In this document: positions 62,991-64,000 of the stretch, piece by piece
How positions within the stretch are numbered: the first letter of the stretch is position 1
Layout of the letters: every line of letters begins with the position of its first letter
Assembly (NCBI RefSeq): GCF_006345805.1
Contig: NC_042999.1
Location: forward strand, 132,184,001-132,248,000
Reading direction: 5' to 3'
Source of the DNA: Octopus sinensis
Taxonomy: Eukaryota
Length of the DNA: 64,000 nucleotides
Program-made: the position numbers and the translations under genes
The notes under the pieces: generated by a model
Told to the model about the DNA's origin: nothing
The model's database searches: none
The model's input: only the letters and a program-made list of their open reading frames with translations

Positions 62991-64000
62991 TGGTAGTCTT
63001 ATTTTTATCACATACTTTCACTGCACTACTGAGCGCAGCTCTGTGTTCCTTGGGTACGTGCTATGGTTTGTTGTGATGCTCTTATTTTTACTGTATTGAA
63101 AATGTTTTATGTATGATGTGTGCAGTGCCTAGTAGTGCTATTTTCTGTGTGTTATATATACTTGTTAGTCCTGGTGCTTTTGTTAAATATTTGTCTGAAT
63201 ATTTTGTATCATACCTAATGCTCCTACTATGATAGGAATTGTTTTTGTTTTTTGACTCCACATTCGAGTTACCTCTATTTCCAGATCTTTGTATTTTGAA
63301 AGCCTCTCTGTTTCTTTTAGAGAATCATTGTCATCTGTTGGTACTGATACATCGATTAGAAAGCATTTTTTTCTTGGTGATCTCTGACAACTATATCCGG
63401 CCTATTGGCCTTAATTTATCTGTGTGTATTGGCATATCCCAGAGTATGTTTGCCTTCCCATTTTCTGTGACCTAGCATAGCTTCCAGTGTATACAGGTCC
63501 CAACTCTGTCATGTCTGTGAATATATTCCTTCTTAGCCAGGACTGGGCAGCCAGAGAAATATGATTTATTGTTTCTTCTCCATCTCCACATATTCTGCAG
63601 TTACTTGTATTTCTTTTCATTATATGTTTTTTGGTAATTTCTGGTGGAAAGGTTTTGATCTTATGCCGCAATTAAAAATCCTTCATTCTCTGCTTTGAGT
63701 CCTGAGCTTCTCAGCCATTGTTGGGATTTTACTTTGTCTATTTCTTTTCTGTTTAGATTAACCCAGTATTTGCCATGAAGGGGCTTTTCTTGCCATCGTT
63801 TTATCATGATCCGTTGCTGTTCTAGTTTTACTTTGGATTTCAGTTGTTTTACAGCTTTTGTTGTTTCTTCTTTTTCTTCATAGTTGTTAGGCACTATGAC
63901 ATTTTTTTTGTATTTGTCAGCTTCCTTAAAGACTGAAAATAGTTTACTTGTTTTGTGGTTATTTGTATTAGTTTTCCTTGCTTCTGAAGTAGGTATTTCT
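62991..64000 (-). mobile_element. R4/Dong-clade non-LTR retrotransposon 3' part (CCHC plus RLE endonuclease), (TAA)n tail
   Basis: WQEKPLHGKY, EGFLIAA, CRICGDGEETINHI, IKANRPDIVVRDHQEK..LIDVSVP, IPIIVGALG..ALLGTAH on the minus strand; abuts the (TTA)n run at 62943-62990. Confidence 0.9.

Overview
AT-rich eukaryotic DNA dominated by microsatellites and transposon relics. The tRNA-derived CORE-type SINEs, (TA)n/(CATA)n density and LINE types suggest an octopod cephalopod (Octopus) genome; this is inferred from repeat recognition, not a database search. The only firm host gene is an intact tRNA-Ser(CGA) at 6847-6928. Mobile elements include Tx1/L1, RTE, two R4/Dong-type RLE LINEs, Penelope-like elements, two Tigger/pogo transposons, mariner/Tc1 fragments, hAT-type MITEs, foldback elements, Helitron/Helentron-like non-autonomous elements and a possible solo LTR. 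A weakly supported + strand three-exon gene end lies at 61.5-62.4 kb, and a few isolated candidate exons occur elsewhere. The most interesting signal is a set of minimal hammerhead-ribozyme-like motifs in several non-autonomous, probably Penelope-derived repeats. Two unrelated families carry a U3-A8 core (UUGAAAA) in place of C3-G8, and some copies sit head-to-head in long palindromes. Most short ORFs in the track are microsatellite artefacts. TE boundaries are approximate unless a TSD or TIR is quoted.
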